Origin: the human T2T-CHM13v2.0 reference genome, Homo sapiens
Direction: 5' to 3' (one strand)
DNA length: 64,000 nt
Assembly: GCF_009914755.1 (NCBI RefSeq)
Contig: NC_060929.1
The notes beneath the pieces were generated by a model. It ran no database searches. It had not been told where the DNA came from and saw only the letters and a program-made list of their open reading frames with translations. Below, one piece after another: positions 1 to 16,050 of the stretch. The number at the start of each line of letters is the position of its first letter. Position 1 is the stretch's first letter. The position numbers and the translations under genes are program-made.

Positions 1-3000
1 GGGGGCCCTGCCAGGGGCCAGGGTCTGCGGGAATGAGGGGGCAGACCACCCCCACCGAGCCCAGATGCCAGGGAAGGAGCCTGGCCAGAAAGATCCAGAA
101 GGACTCAGTGTCTGGCGGCCCTCGCTGCTCCCCATTCTTTGAGGCCGTTGTTCCCAGATGGGATGTCGGATGCGTCTCTGGCCCGGGCCCCTGGTGAAAT
201 GTGATGGAGGGGTGTGGATGGAGCGTGGTGGACACAGCAAGAGCCTGGCCAGGCATCCCTGGGGCAGGACAGCATCAGCCGGGGAGCGGGGTCTAGCCCC
301 AGCCGCCTGGCACAGAGTGGCGCCCAATTCTAGAGCTTGAATGAAAGAGGGAATTCAGGAAGACGCTTACACCAGCCAGGCCCCGGGGCACTCAGGACGG
401 TAGCATCACGGGGTGCCAAAGTCTGCAAAGGTGACAGAGGACGTGGGGCCTCGGCAGGGCTGCCTCCACTTCCCCAAGCACACGGAAGACAGGCAGGGTG
501 GACGGGGGTGACCCGGCCTGGGACCTGGGCTGTACCTTAGACCTCAGTTCCCCTCCACATGGAAGCAGCACCAAGACCCACAAGCCCTCGCTGTGGGGAC
601 CCCCGGCCTCACCCACCACCGTCCACATGGCCCCCACACCCACGGCGTTCATCTGGGCCACAAGAAGTGTTCCTCCAGGGCACGGCCCACCCAGGCCCAC
701 CCTTGGAGCTTCCCTGGTATGGACTGGCTGGGCTGGCAGAATGGGTCAGGGTGCCAGGCAGACTCTCAGGGACTTGAAGCGAGGACAGAAAATACTCCCC
801 AGACAAGGGCAGACACAGGAGGGAACAATGCCTGAGGACACAGGCCTGAGGCAGGCCAAGCGCTGCCACGCGTGGACTGGACGAAGGCCTGCTAGGCATG
901 GCCTGGCTGGAAGTGAAGAACCGAGGCAGCACCTCTGGCTTGGAGGGAGCAGGTGGGAGCCCTTGCACTGGCTTCCTCTCCCCTGTTCTTATTCTTCTGG
1001 AATTAGGGAGGCTGCTGGGAGGTAGAGGAAGCACCTGCCCCAGTCCTCAGAGGACAGAATCATGCGAATGCTTAGTTACCGAGACCTCCTTCCCACCTGC
1101 ACGCCGGGCCAGTGGCTCTGCCCGTGACAGCCCCGGGCCTGGCCTGTGCTCAGCACTCATCACTCTTGGGTCTTCCAGGCCATGGTGGCATTGCACGCCC
1201 TGCCCTAGGTGTGGGGTTGTTTCATGTTTCAGAAGCCGAAGGACCTGCCCTCCCTCTCATCTCAACACAGCGCCTGGCAGAGAAGCAGTTCCTCTGTCTA
1301 CTCCAGGGGCTCACACGCCCCTCTGTAGCCCGAAAGTCGGCCTCGGATGTGATAAGCCAGGAAACTCCCTGGTCACCAGTGCATAAGCCCTCAGGGGCTC
1401 CAGACGCAGCAGCTGGTTCAGAATTTGTTATCCTGGACTAAAGCCTCCCCTTGCACCACCGTGGGGGTGGAAGGAGGTGGCTTGTCTGAGAAACACCAAC
1501 ATGGACAGGGACGTTCACTGTCACAGAGACAAGGCCTGGCCCCACCTCCCCACAGGACTCCCTCCCCAGTGCCTGGTCTGACGGCAGAACCAGGCAACAC
1601 CCAGTTCCGCTCCCCTCACCCTTGCCTTCAGAAGCAACAGATAACGGCAAACCCTTGCGTGCAGCGACCACATGAAGACCGCAGCTGCGCGGGCTGTAGT
1701 TTCTTACCCTCTGTCAGCACGCACGGCTCTCCAACAGATGGGCGATTTCAAGTTGCTCTGCATCTTAAATGACCCCTTGATAAAACCCCAAACGGCTTTG
1801 GATGGGTCTGTTTCCTGTATCTTAAGCACAGAAAAAACAGCCCAGATGTTTCTGATTCATTCAAGCTTTAGTTCAAGAGCACGCTCTGCCGTGGGAGTTT
1901 CTTTGAAACTGAGGAGACACACAGGCCCTTCCTCCACTCCCTCCTGCCTGGCTGAGAAAAGGGACTTGCTTGCAGCCACCTGAGAGCAAACAGCACAGGT
2001 GCATGGAAGAGGGTCCCGCAGAGCCCTGGGGAGCCCGGCTGGGGACTCTGGGAAGCGGACGGCATCCACACGTGTCCACGCATTCATCGTTGGTACGAGA
2101 TCCAACTCCCTACCTCCCGGGGGTGCAGAACGCAGGGTCCAGGGAGACGGCAGCCACCTTGGGGAGGATTCGGCCTTGTGAGATAGCAAGGTCCTTCCCT
2201 CAGTGGTCGTGGCCTCCCCAGAGTCCTACACCCCTCTGCTCTGCCCCCAAAGCCTGCACCCCCTTTAGAGGCCCCCTGAGCATGGAGACGGGTCCGTGTA
2301 CCTGAGATCTGCAGGCACACAAATGTATCTGCAATGCTGCCTCGGTCAGCTGTGTCACATGGTTCTGCGGCTGCTCTGAAAATGGCCATTAGGTGGGAGT
2401 TTTTCTTTCCTTTTTCCTCTCCCCTTCTCTGTTATTGATTTAGAGACTTCATGCAGAAATTGAATAGGAGGAAGGGGGTGACAGTCCTCTGAGACCTGAA
2501 ATCTCAGCCACGCCACGAGTGGCCGAGGGCCCAGGTCTGGTGACCAATGGTGAGAAGGAGTCATCTCTCAGAACGAGGCCCAGACAGTGCCGGGAACCAG
2601 GGGGTCCCACCAGGCACAGGCAGAACCAGCACGGTGCCTCCCCAGAGTCCGGTGACCTGAGGAGCTGCCAGGACGGCCAGACCCCAGTGAGTCAGTGACC
2701 ACCAGGACGGCCAGGCACTCTCAGCAGCAGAATTCAGGCTGCATTCATTTTCTCCAAGGAGTGCAGTGTGGGTTCGGACAGTTTGAGCTCAAGCATTAGG
2801 GCTCTGTGGAGCAGGATCACAGCTAGTTATTGGGAAATCACCAAAAATGCATCGATACACAATTCTAGGTTCCAAACAAGAAGAGAAAGGACACTTTCGC
2901 TTTTAAAAGAAGGAAGATACAAAGCCTGGCAATGAACAGAAGTTTACAGAACAGAAAAATATGGGGTTAAAAACAGCCATTGGAGTCTTCCCAATTCTCA

Positions 3001-3279
3001 TTCAGAGAGGGTGGCATGAAAGCCAACAGAAATCGATGTTGATAGGAAACAAGTGTCATCAGAGAAGGTAAGGGCATTCGCAGAGGGAATAATATTATTT
3101 GTGAACTGTCAGGGCATGGCCGTTTTTAAACTTATCTTCACAGCATCTCTCCTCATAAGCAAGAGCATGAAGAGCACGGAGAATGTCTGTTTGGTGGCCG
3201 ACAGCCATCACGGGGTCTCTACGTGCCGGCCAGTCCTCACCTCGTTTGCACGCGTTTATGAACTTAGCCCTCCCTCCGC

Positions 3280-3400
3280 ACCATGAAGGGGCCCTTATCG
3301 TCCCGTTTCACAGGTGTGGAGACAGAGGCTCGAGGGGAGAAACAGCCCTGGCGGGCGAAGGCAGAGCTGAGCTTCCGAGAAGGGCCTCCTGTGTTCAGAA
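3280..3400 (-). mobile_element. Degenerate MIR SINE fragment
   Basis: cccttatcgtcccgtttcacaggtgtggagacagaggctcgagggg resembles the MIR core (ATTATCCCCATTTTACAGATGAGGAAACTGAGGCTCAGAGAGG). Confidence 0.45.
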
Positions 3401-3679
3401 ATTCCAAAGGAGAAGTAGAAGTTGTCCTGTGGGCAGGAGGGGAGGGAGAAACTCCCAGATGACAGGTGCGAGCCGCGGCCTCGTGCTGACATCTAGAACC
3501 GGATGATGGGAGCGAACCGCGGCCTCGTGCTGACGTGTAGAGTGGGAGGGACCCTGGCATCCAGGGGCTTCTTTCTTGGGGAAACACCAAGTATAGAAAG
3601 TCAACCATCGTTGTCTCTCACGTAGGATTAACTGTTGCTTTTCAGCTTTTTTACACTTATTTTTTGTTAAGCTATGTCA

Positions 3680-5030
3680 CTACACTTTTTTTTCTGAAAT
3701 AACGTTAGACTTATGGAAGAGTTGCCAAGATCGTCCAGGAGTCCCCGCCCCCTTCAGGCAGCTTCCTCCCGTGTCAGCACCTTGCATACCCGACCTTGAC
3801 CACAAGGATTGAGGCTAAGAATTAACACGGGGCAATTAACTACACAGTAGCTTGATTCAGATTCCTCCAGTTTCTGGTAACATCCACCTCCTGCTTTAGA
3901 AACAACACTGAGTTCCATGAGCACGCAGGTGTCATCTCGCTGTAGGCTCCAGCCCACGGCAGGCCCCGTGTTTCCTTGCCTCCCATGGCCTTGCCACTTG
4001 GAAGAGCACTGGCTGGGTGTTTTGAAGAACAGCCCTCAGTTTGAGTTTGCTATTTTATCATGTCTGGATCGAAGTTATGTGTCTGTGCCAAGAAACTGGC
4101 AGAAGCCCCATACCCTGCTCAGCGTCCGCAGTAGTGACTCACGGGCCCTATGCTTTGCCTCATTATGGGTTGTTTTGGCCCTGGTCACCTGGTTCTGGTG
4201 GGATCTGCTGGCTTCCCCCACTGTAACGTTACTATTCTTCATTTGTAATTTATTTATTTGTATTTACTTATTTTGAGATGGGGTCTCTCTCTGTCCCTCA
4301 GGCTGGAGTGCGGTGGTGCAATTTTAGCTCACGGCAACCTCTACCTCCCGGGCTCAAGCAATCCACTCGCTCAGCCTCCCAAGTAGCTGGGACTACAGGT
4401 GTGTGCCACTGCGCCCAGGTAATTTTTGTATTTTTTTAGAGACAGGATTTCACCGTGTTGCCCAAGCTTCTCTCAAACTCCTGAGCTCAGATGATCTACC
4501 TGCCTTGGCCTCTCAGGGAAGATACTTTGAGACTACAAGAGTATCCTATTTCTCCTCAAAGTCTTTTCTGCTAATTTTAGCATGGGTTGGTGGGTTTTGT
4601 CTGCAACAATTACTACTGTGGTGTTCTGAGATGATTTGTTTCCTCACTACTCTGCTGGAATTCCTCTGAAGGAAGGACCGCCCTCCCCTCACTGATTTAT
4701 TCAATCACTCGTGTGCCTTCATGTGGACTTGTGCATATTTATGCTTTGGATGATCATCCCACACTGTCATTATTTACTTAGTTGCTAAAATTTACCCAGC
4801 TCTGGCCACTGGGCTTTTCCAGGCGGGCCCTTGGGACCCTCCCATCCTTCGGGAGCACTTTCTCGCTTTCCAGCATAACCCCAGGCTGCCCCGGTTTTTC
4901 CCCCAGCCCTGGAATCCATCATTTCTCCAAGGAACCCTGCTCTTTTTACTGGAGAATGAGCTTTAGAGACCAAGGTCAGGGCACTAACTGTGCTCATTGC
5001 TGCTGGGGTGTCGCTGAGCAAAGAGAAATG
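3680..5030 (-). mobile_element. Old L1M (L1MC-like) 3' end fragments, interrupted by an Alu
   Basis: tttttctgaaataacgttagacttatggaagagttgcc resembles the reverse-complemented L1MC 3' terminus; T-rich degenerate sequence follows; boundaries approximate. Confidence 0.45.
4247..4516 (-). mobile_element. Alu (old, AluJ-like), lacking its first ~30 nt
   Basis: T-rich tail, then gagatggggtctctct...ggctcaagcaatcc...ctcctgagctcagatgatctacctgccttggcctc; GGCTCAAG and CTGAGCTCA are J-type diagnostics. Confidence 0.9.
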
Positions 5031-8000
5031 TGAATAGCAAATTAGCCTATAATTATTAATAATTATTTATTGATGGGTAAATAAAGGAATGAATGAAGGA
5101 GGAATTATTCAAAATACTCAAAAGATGGATGTTGAGTACGACACTTCCTCCTTGTAAGAAATAATTTAAATGTAAATGAACACGTATCTAACTTACAGCA
5201 GGGGCTATGCCTCTTGGTGTTTTCCTGTGTGTACATCGCTGTGACACATGAAAAACGGAGAGACACCCAGAGGCAATGAGAAATGCTGAACGACGCAAAG
5301 CAAAACAAAAGCAAACATTTAAAACAAACTTCTAAGTTTACAAGAAAGAAAGAACAGACTTCGAAAAAATACCCACCTGTCGATAAAATGAGATAAATTG
5401 ACCATAGATGAACCTGCTCATCAACCAGTCTGGGATCCATATTTACATTATTTCTGTGATGCCAGAACTACCAGGTAAAAAGACAAACAAACAGAAACGG
5501 TCCCAGGCTGGTGACAAGCCAAGACTGCCTAAACCAGGGCCACCTGCTCTGAAGGGGGACTCCCCCACCTGCCTCCTGAGATTCCCACGGTCAGAGTTCC
5601 CCCAAAGACGATCCTACAGTCCTAGTGACGAAACACCCAGGGAAGCCAGCCCCAGGAGTGAGAGCTGCCAGAGGCCGCCTGTGCCCAGACACGAGCCCCA
5701 GAGTTAATCTATAGTGACCATCTTTAAAGTTATCAACTGTAGAAGAAGGGTTCAAAATCAAAGGAAAACATGGGACACCATGAAAAATACGAAGAGTTTT
5801 AAAAGAATAAAATAAAGCCTCTAAAAATGAAGTGTAGAGCTATTGAAATTTCTTTTTTTCTTTGAGTGGCTGAAGGGGGTAGTTCCCTTTCTCTGTGGGT
5901 TTTCAGCAGTTTCCCTGTGATTTTCAATAGGAAAAGCAACAGATTCAGCATAGCTGAAAGATTTCCCCTACAAAATAGCCCACAATGTCCACACAGAGAG
6001 TGAAGGAGGTGCGGACAAATGGGAGATGAAGACACACAGAGGAGAGAATGAAAAGCTTCCACTGGTTGTTAACAGGATTCACAGGGGAACAGGAAATCAA
6101 ATGTTACGGGCTGGCAATAATAGAACAAGACAGATAAACTCACATCCAGACACATTGCAATGAAACCATAAAACACAGAAGACTGAGATCTTTAAAGCAA
6201 AAAACAATTGCTTTAAGCCACGTTAACTACAAAGGGGCATTTGAACGATGGAGGCTTCCCAAGAGCAGAAGCAGGACAGAGACGCAAAGTCCCTTCCACA
6301 CAGTGGGGGAATGGCAGTCAGCCTCAAATTCGACACCCGGTTTGTGGGGTGAGAGGTTTTTCTCATTATCTTGATTATGATAATGGCTTCATGGGTTTAT
6401 ATCTATATTTCAAAACCTACCAAATTGTAGCCTTTCAATATAATCATTTTTGTATGCCAGTTGTTCCTGCATAAGGCTATAAAAAAAAAAAAAAAGAAGA
6501 AGAAGAAAAGAAAGACAAACCCTAACAGACAGGCTTCACAGCGGATTAGACACAATTGAAGAGGAGACTGGGAAGCCAGACCATGAGGCAGTGGAAAATA
6601 TCCAGACAGAAGAACAGAGAGAAAAACCTAAACCCTAAAATAAAATCCAACGATTTAAAAGATGGAAGACGTGTTGGAAACAACTAGCAGCAGCGAAGTG
6701 TTTGTGGCATCCTGGAAAGAGGGCCAGGAAGCGTAGCCATCCCTGAGCCAGATAAGAGCAGAGAGAACAGCGTAGACAAATCACAGGAGAACTGCTGGGA
6801 ACCACAGGCCAGGGGAAATATCCCTAAGGCATTCAAAGAAAAGAAATGCCATTTTATAAGGAGCAGTAAAATAATGGAATCCAGGAGAGAATGGACCTCC
6901 ATCCTCCTGACGCGAAGAAAACACAATTGCCAAGCCAGGCTTCCCTGCCCAAGACAAACAGGCTCCACGAGTGAAGGTGAAGCAGACATTCCAGATTAAA
7001 AAAGAAAACAAAAAACAGAAAAAACTCTTTGGCAAGATCCTGTGCTGAAGGAGACGCGATATGAAGTTACTCAGGCAGAGGAAATGTATCACAGATGGAA
7101 GCAAGAAAGTGCCAGATGGACTGCAAAGCGCAGGAGGACAAATGCACCACAAACCCGCACGCTGGCGAGAGCTCCAAAGCAACTCTGCGTCAGAGTCCAA
7201 GTGAGTAGAACAAGACAGACAAACTCACATCCAGACACATTGTAGTGAAACCACAAAACACGGAAGACTGAGATCTTTCAAGCAAAAAAACACAATTGTT
7301 TTAAGGCACATTAACTACAAAGGGGTGTTTGGACTGATGGGGGCTCCCCAAGAGCAGAAATGGGGCAGTTAAAGCACGACAGCCACCAAAGCACGAAAGG
7401 GGCTCTGCACATCGGGCACCACGAGCTCAACTGCGTGAGCCGGGCTCTGTGAAGGAGGCGCTAAGCTGTGTTTGACTGAAGAGTTCATGGAGGGAAACTG
7501 GAATACGTAAAACACGACAAGGTTTATTTCTACTTAGTAAAGTCAGAAGATCAATTTAAATACAAATATATTAGGAATTGCACTAAATACTCTCGTTAAG
7601 AGGTAAACATCTCCAAGGTCAGGTTGGACTTGAAACAAAACAAAAACCTATGCATGGCTTTTGAGAGATATGTCTTAAATATAGGTATATTAAAGGTGAA
7701 AAGTAAGAAGGTAGAAAAAGACGTGCTATCCAAATTCCAGTCAAAGGGAAGCTGGCACAGCTGCACCACTGTCCAAGCTGACGTTAGGGCAAGAGGCACT
7801 CATGGTGATGTGGGACTGGTCCCCTAGGAAGGTGTAGCAATTTCCAAGCTGTGTGCACCCAATCACATAGCCTTATTATAGGATGTAAAATTCAACAGAA
7901 TCCACAGTCGTTGTGGGAGTTTTAAGCACAGCATTCTCAGTAACTGTTAAACCTGCTAAGAAATCGCCAAAAGATACTGATTTGTAAAACATCATTTACA

Positions 8001-8403
8001 TAATCATCAAATACAAGGCCCTGTACAGAATGCATTAAACAAAATGCTCATGTGCACACAGAACATTTAAACTAAATGACAACAAACTGGTCACGAAGCC
8101 AGATGACATTGTAGGATTAAAACCATTTAGGATATTTTCTCTGATCCCAATGCAATAATGGAAACCTAATTTTTAAAAACCATAAAAAAATCAGTGTTTG
8201 AAAATTAAACAGTGACCTTCTAAATAATTCAAGGGTTAAAAAATAAATCGCAAGAGAAATTAAAGCATATTTGAATGAAACAATAAGAATATGACAAATT
8301 AAAACTTGAGAGATGTAGTGATTTTATAGCCTTAAATAAATATTTAGGGGAAAAAAAAGGACTCAAAAATAGTGACCTATTATCCATCTTAAGAAATTAG
8401 ATT

Positions 8404-8701
<298 letters not shown>

Positions 8702-9040
8702 TTAGATTAAAAAGGCAAAGAAGGCAGTAGAAAGGAAATAATAAAGATAAGAACAGAAGCTAATAAAATAAAGGAGACACAATAGAACATCTTAAAAGAT
8801 GATTCTTTGAAAAGAACAAAAACACTAATAAAATCTTGCCAAAAGTAATAAAAGAAAAAGAGAAAAGACATGAAGTATTAATATTAAAAATAAAAAGAGA
8901 GATGTTACTGTATATTCTGAGGATACTTAAAAATAATGAGCTTATTTTGAAATAATGTGCCATTATATTTGACAATATAGAGGAAATGAATGAATTCCAA
9001 ATAAACACAGTTTTTCAAAACTGATGCAAGAATAAAAGAA

Positions 9041-11143
<2,103 letters not shown>

Positions 11144-11192
11144 AAGAATAAAAGAATAAATCTGAATAGATTCCTTTAAGAAATGGAATCTG

Positions 11193-11489
<297 letters not shown>

Positions 11490-12410
11490 AAGAAATGGAA
11501 TCTGTAATTTAAAATTTTACCACAAAGAAAACTCTAGACCAAAGTGGTTTTACTAGTGAATTCTTCTAAACATTTAGGAAGTAACACCAAACTTGTAGAG
11601 TGCTTCCACAGAACAGAAGCAGGAAATATTTCACAAATAATTCTGTGAGGCTCGCATACCTCCATGTCCAACAACTAGACAAATTACAAGAAAAAATATT
11701 ATAGCTCAATCACTCTCGTGGACATGAATGCAAAAATCCTCAACAAAATATTAGCAAACTGAAGTCAGATTTACATAAAAGGCATAATATATAATAACCA
11801 AGACATATTTTTCTAGAAATTCAAGGTTGGCAATTTAATATATTAATAGACTAGAGGGGAAAAATCATATAGTCATTTCAACTGATGATTTTTAAAAAGC
11901 ATTTAATACAAGGCAACACCACTCATGAAAAATATGTTAAGCAAACTAGAAATAGAACGTTACTGCCTTAATTTGATAAAAAGCACCTACAAAGCCCTGC
12001 AGCAGGTGCGATGGGAAGACACAGAGCGCTTTCCCTGAGATGGGTCGGCTATCACCTAGTCCACCCAGCAGGGTGCTGGGGTCATGGCCAGTGCTGACAG
12101 GTAAGAAAAAGAGAAAAAGAAGTAGCACAAAATAAAACTAGCACTTGTTGAAAACACAACCGTGCCAGTAGAAAATCCAAATGAATCTATGGATCCTCAG
12201 AATTAATACATTTAGCAAGGTTATTGAGTACAAGGTCAACATACAAGCTGTATTTTTACAGGTGAGCAGAAGCAAACAGAAAGTGTTTTAAAATGTAAGG
12301 TTTTATAAATGGCAGTGAACCCATGAAAATACTCTGAGCCTCACTCATCAAGAGGGAAACTCAATCAAAACCACAATGAGATGCAACCTCATGCCCATTA
12401 GAAGGCAAGA

Positions 12411-12452
<42 letters not shown>
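12411..12452. repeat. (AAT)14 microsatellite
   Basis: Perfect AAT run. Confidence 0.98.
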
Positions 12453-12454
<2 letters not shown>

Positions 12455-12703
12455 CTGTTGGGGAGGAGGTAGAGAAACTGGAACCTCGTGTACATTTCCT
12501 GGGAATGTCAAATGGTGCAGCTTCTGTGAAAAGCAGTATGGCAGCTCCTCAAAAAATTACGAATAGAATTGCCATATGATGCAGCAAGTTTGCTTTGGGT
12601 CTGTACCCAAACTAATTGAAGGAAGGGTCTAGAACAGAACTTCCACACCCATGTTAATAGCAACAGTACTTGCAATAGCCAAAAGGTGGATGCAACCCCA
12701 GTG

Positions 12704-13790
12704 TCCACCAATGGATGAATGGGTACATGCAACGTGATCTATTCACACAATGGACCATCACTCGGCCCTTCTCCATCAATGGAAGAAAGGGTACATGCAT
12801 CATGGTCTATTCACACAATGGACCATCACTCAGCCCTTCTCCATCAATGGAAGAACGGGTACGCGCATCGTGGTCTATTCACACAATGGACCGTAACTCA
12901 GCCCTTCTCCATCAGTGGAAAAATGGGTACATGCATCATGTTCTATTTACACAATGGACCATCACTCAGCCCTTCTCCATCAATGGAAGAATGGGTATGT
13001 GCATCGTGGTCTATTCACACAATGGACCATCGCTCAGCCCTTCTCCATCAATGGATGAATGGGTACGCGCATCTTGGTCTATTCACACAATGGACCGTCG
13101 CTCAGCCCTTCTCCATCCATGGAAGAATGAGTATGCATAACGTGGTCTATTCACACAATGGAATGTCACTCAGCCCTTCTCCATCAATGGAAGAATGGGT
13201 ACATGCAACATGGTCTATTCACACAATGGAACATTGCTCAGCCCTTCTCTATCCATGGATGAATGGGTACATGCATCGTGGCCTATTCACAAAATGGAAT
13301 ATTGCTCAGCCCTTCTCCATCAGTGGAAGAATGGGTACACGCATCATGTTCTATTAACACAATGGACCATCACTCAGCCCTTCTCCATCAATGGAAGAAT
13401 GGGTACGTGCAACATGGTCTATTCACACAATGGAACATTGCTCAGCCCTTCTCTATCCATGGATGAATGGGTACATGCATCGTGGTCTATTCACACAATG
13501 GACTGTTGCTCAGCCCTTCTCCATCAGTGGAAGAATGGGTACGTGCATCATGGTCTATTCACACAACGGAACGTCGCTCAGCCCTTCTCCATCCATGGAC
13601 GAATGGGTACGCGCACTGTGGTCTATTCACACAACGGAACGTCGCTCAGCCCTTCTCCATCCATGGACGAATGGGTACGCGCACTGTGGTCTATTCACAC
13701 AACGGAACGTCGCTCAGCCCTTCTCCATCCATGGACGAATGGGTACGCGCACTGTGGTCTATTCACACAATGGAACGTCGCTCAGCCCTT
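12704..13790. repeat. 68-bp minisatellite, ~16 copies
   Basis: Unit ccatcaatggaagaatgggtacatgcatcatggtctattcacacaatggaccatcactcagcccttct; ccatcaat recurs at 12773 and 12841. Confidence 0.97.
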
Positions 13791-15299
13791 AACAGGAAGG
13801 AGATTCTGACACAGGCTACCACATGAACAAACCCTGAGGACATGATACTGAGTAAAATGGGTTAGTCACAAAACTACAAATTCTGCATGATTTCACTTAC
13901 AGACGGTCCCTGGGGTTGTCAAATCCACAGAGACAGAAGGTAGAATAGTGGGTGCCAGGGTCTGGGGGAGGTGGATGGGGAGTTAGCATTTATGGTGACA
14001 GAGCTCCAGTTTTGCAAAATGAAAATGTTCTAGAGATGGTTGTTGGTGATGGTGGCATGGAATAATAATGCCACTGAACTGTGTACTTAAAAGTGATTCA
14101 GATGGTAAATTTTATGTTTATGTATATTTTACCAAAATTTAAAAAATGGGAAAATATCACATTTTCAGCTGCATAAAATGCTATGGTAAATCTAGCTAAA
14201 CTTTCCTCTACACAGAAAATGACAAGGTCTGATTGACGGCCATAGGCTATTCAAGGAACAGGGTTTCTGGGGGCAGCAAGCCAGGGGCCCAGGAGCTGGG
14301 TCCGTTTGAATTCTCCTTTGAAAGGAGGGCCAGGAGAGAGCTGCCCCAGAGGTCCCTCAGCAGGGCTGGAGTGCATTCCCACAGAGCAGGATGGAGCTGA
14401 GGCAGTGGCCCCTCCTCCGGGGCCTGGTGGGTGGTTCCCAGGTTCTGGGACCTCCTTACATCGGGCAGCGCCTTTCAGCATGGGAAGCTGGAGGCACTGG
14501 GAGATGGTAGGCTGGGGGTTCTGGGCAGCTGTGCCGCGCGGGCCTGGACTGCTGGGTCCTCGGGAGGCTTTCGCCCTGCAAGGACATGTGGGCTGTGTGG
14601 CTGGAGAAAGAGGACTAGGGCCCAGGGCGTGAAGCGGCCTTGGATGTGGCTCAGGGGTTCCATGGCCCCACCGTTGCCTGCTCTCCACAGAGGCCCCACT
14701 GCCCACCCCACACTCCTGGTTCCACCGGGGACTCACTCCGTCCACACATATCCTCAGCGTGGGCACTGGTCCCTTGTCCAGGACCAGATGCTGAGCCCAC
14801 CCTCCAGCTGGGGCTCTTGTGACCCCAGTGAAGCCCACGGAGCCACTCCCTGCAGTGAAACCTGAAGCACATCTCGATGACACCGACGTCACTGACCGGG
14901 AAAGGCCAGCTCCAGAACATACCATGCGTGAAGGAGCCACCATGGGCCAGGGTGGTGGCTCTGTGGACACAGGCCCTGGGCTGAGGCCACCCTCTTCTGT
15001 GGGGGTCAGCACGGGGACCGGCCCTTCCCTCTTGGACCTGGTGGACCCTGTGGCACGTGGGGTGGCATCGGCTGCCTGGGCACAGCTCTCAGCGGGAGGG
15101 CCAGGTCCCAGGAAATGAGGCAGGGGCTGCCAGGCCCCCACAGGCCACCTCACCTGCAGCCCCTCTTTCTGGCCCTCTGCACGCAGGGAAGTGGTGGTCA
15201 GAGAGGGGCACACGGGCGGGCTGGCAGCCGCCCTGTCCCCATGCCCCCACTCCAGACTTTCCCCTTCCCATCCTTCCCAGAGGACCCAAGGGAGGACCA

Positions 15300-16050
15300 C
15301 GCCTTTTTAAATTATTTTTAATTTTTTGGATACATAACAGTTGTACATATTTATGAGGTATGTGTGCTATAGTGATGCGTGCACGTAACACCTAACGATC
15401 AGACCAGGGAAACTGGGCTACCCATCACCTCGAGTGCTGATCATTCCTTTCTGTCAGGAACATCCCAAATCCTCTCTTCTAGCTATTTTGAAATAAACGA
15501 TAAAGTATTAACTATAGTCACCCTACAGTACCACCAAACAGCAGGTCCTAGTTCTTCAGCCTGGCAGCATGCCTGCAGCCCTTCATCTCCCCCTTCCCTT
15601 CCCAGCGTCCGTGGCCACCAATCTACTCCATGAGACCCACTCTCAGCTCCCGCAGGAGGGAGGCACGGGGCGTTCATCTTTCTGCGCCTGGCTTCGTTCC
15701 AGTTCCATCCACGCTGCCGCGAACGGCAGGATTTTGCTCTTTTCAGCTGAAGAGTACCCCATGGTGTCCACGCACCTCGTTTTCTCTGTCCACACATCTG
15801 CTGATGGACAGATGCCCAGGCTGATTCTGCATCTTGGCTATCGAGATTAGGCTGCAGTAAACCCAGCGGCACAGACATCCCTCCACAAATTTCTTTCCTT
15901 TGGATGGGTGCCCGGCAGATTTCTGGGCCCTGTGGGAGCTTGGTCTTTAGTTTTCTGAGGAGCCTCCACACCGTCACCTCCCTGCCAAAGGTGCTCATGG
16001 GTTCCCCTTTCTCCACACCCCGGCCAGCACATTTTCTGTTTTTTTTAAAT
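15300..16050 (-). mobile_element. L1MA-like 3' end
   Basis: tttttggatacataacagttgtacatatttatgaggta...tctagctattttgaaata...taactatagtcaccc are reverse-complement L1MA 3' UTR hallmarks. Confidence 0.8.

Larger units (their letters stand above)
12350..14146 (+). mobile_element. L1MB/L1MA-like 3' end containing a minisatellite
   Basis: aatcaaaaccacaatgagat...aaatggtgcagc..., resumes after the VNTR with aggaaggagattctgacaca... and ends gatggtaaattttatgtttatgtatattttacc plus an A-rich tail. Confidence 0.8.

Noticed and set aside
12715-13826. Overlapping repetitive ORFs (YSHNG..., WSIHTM...)
   Set aside because: Translation of the L1-derived 68-bp repeat
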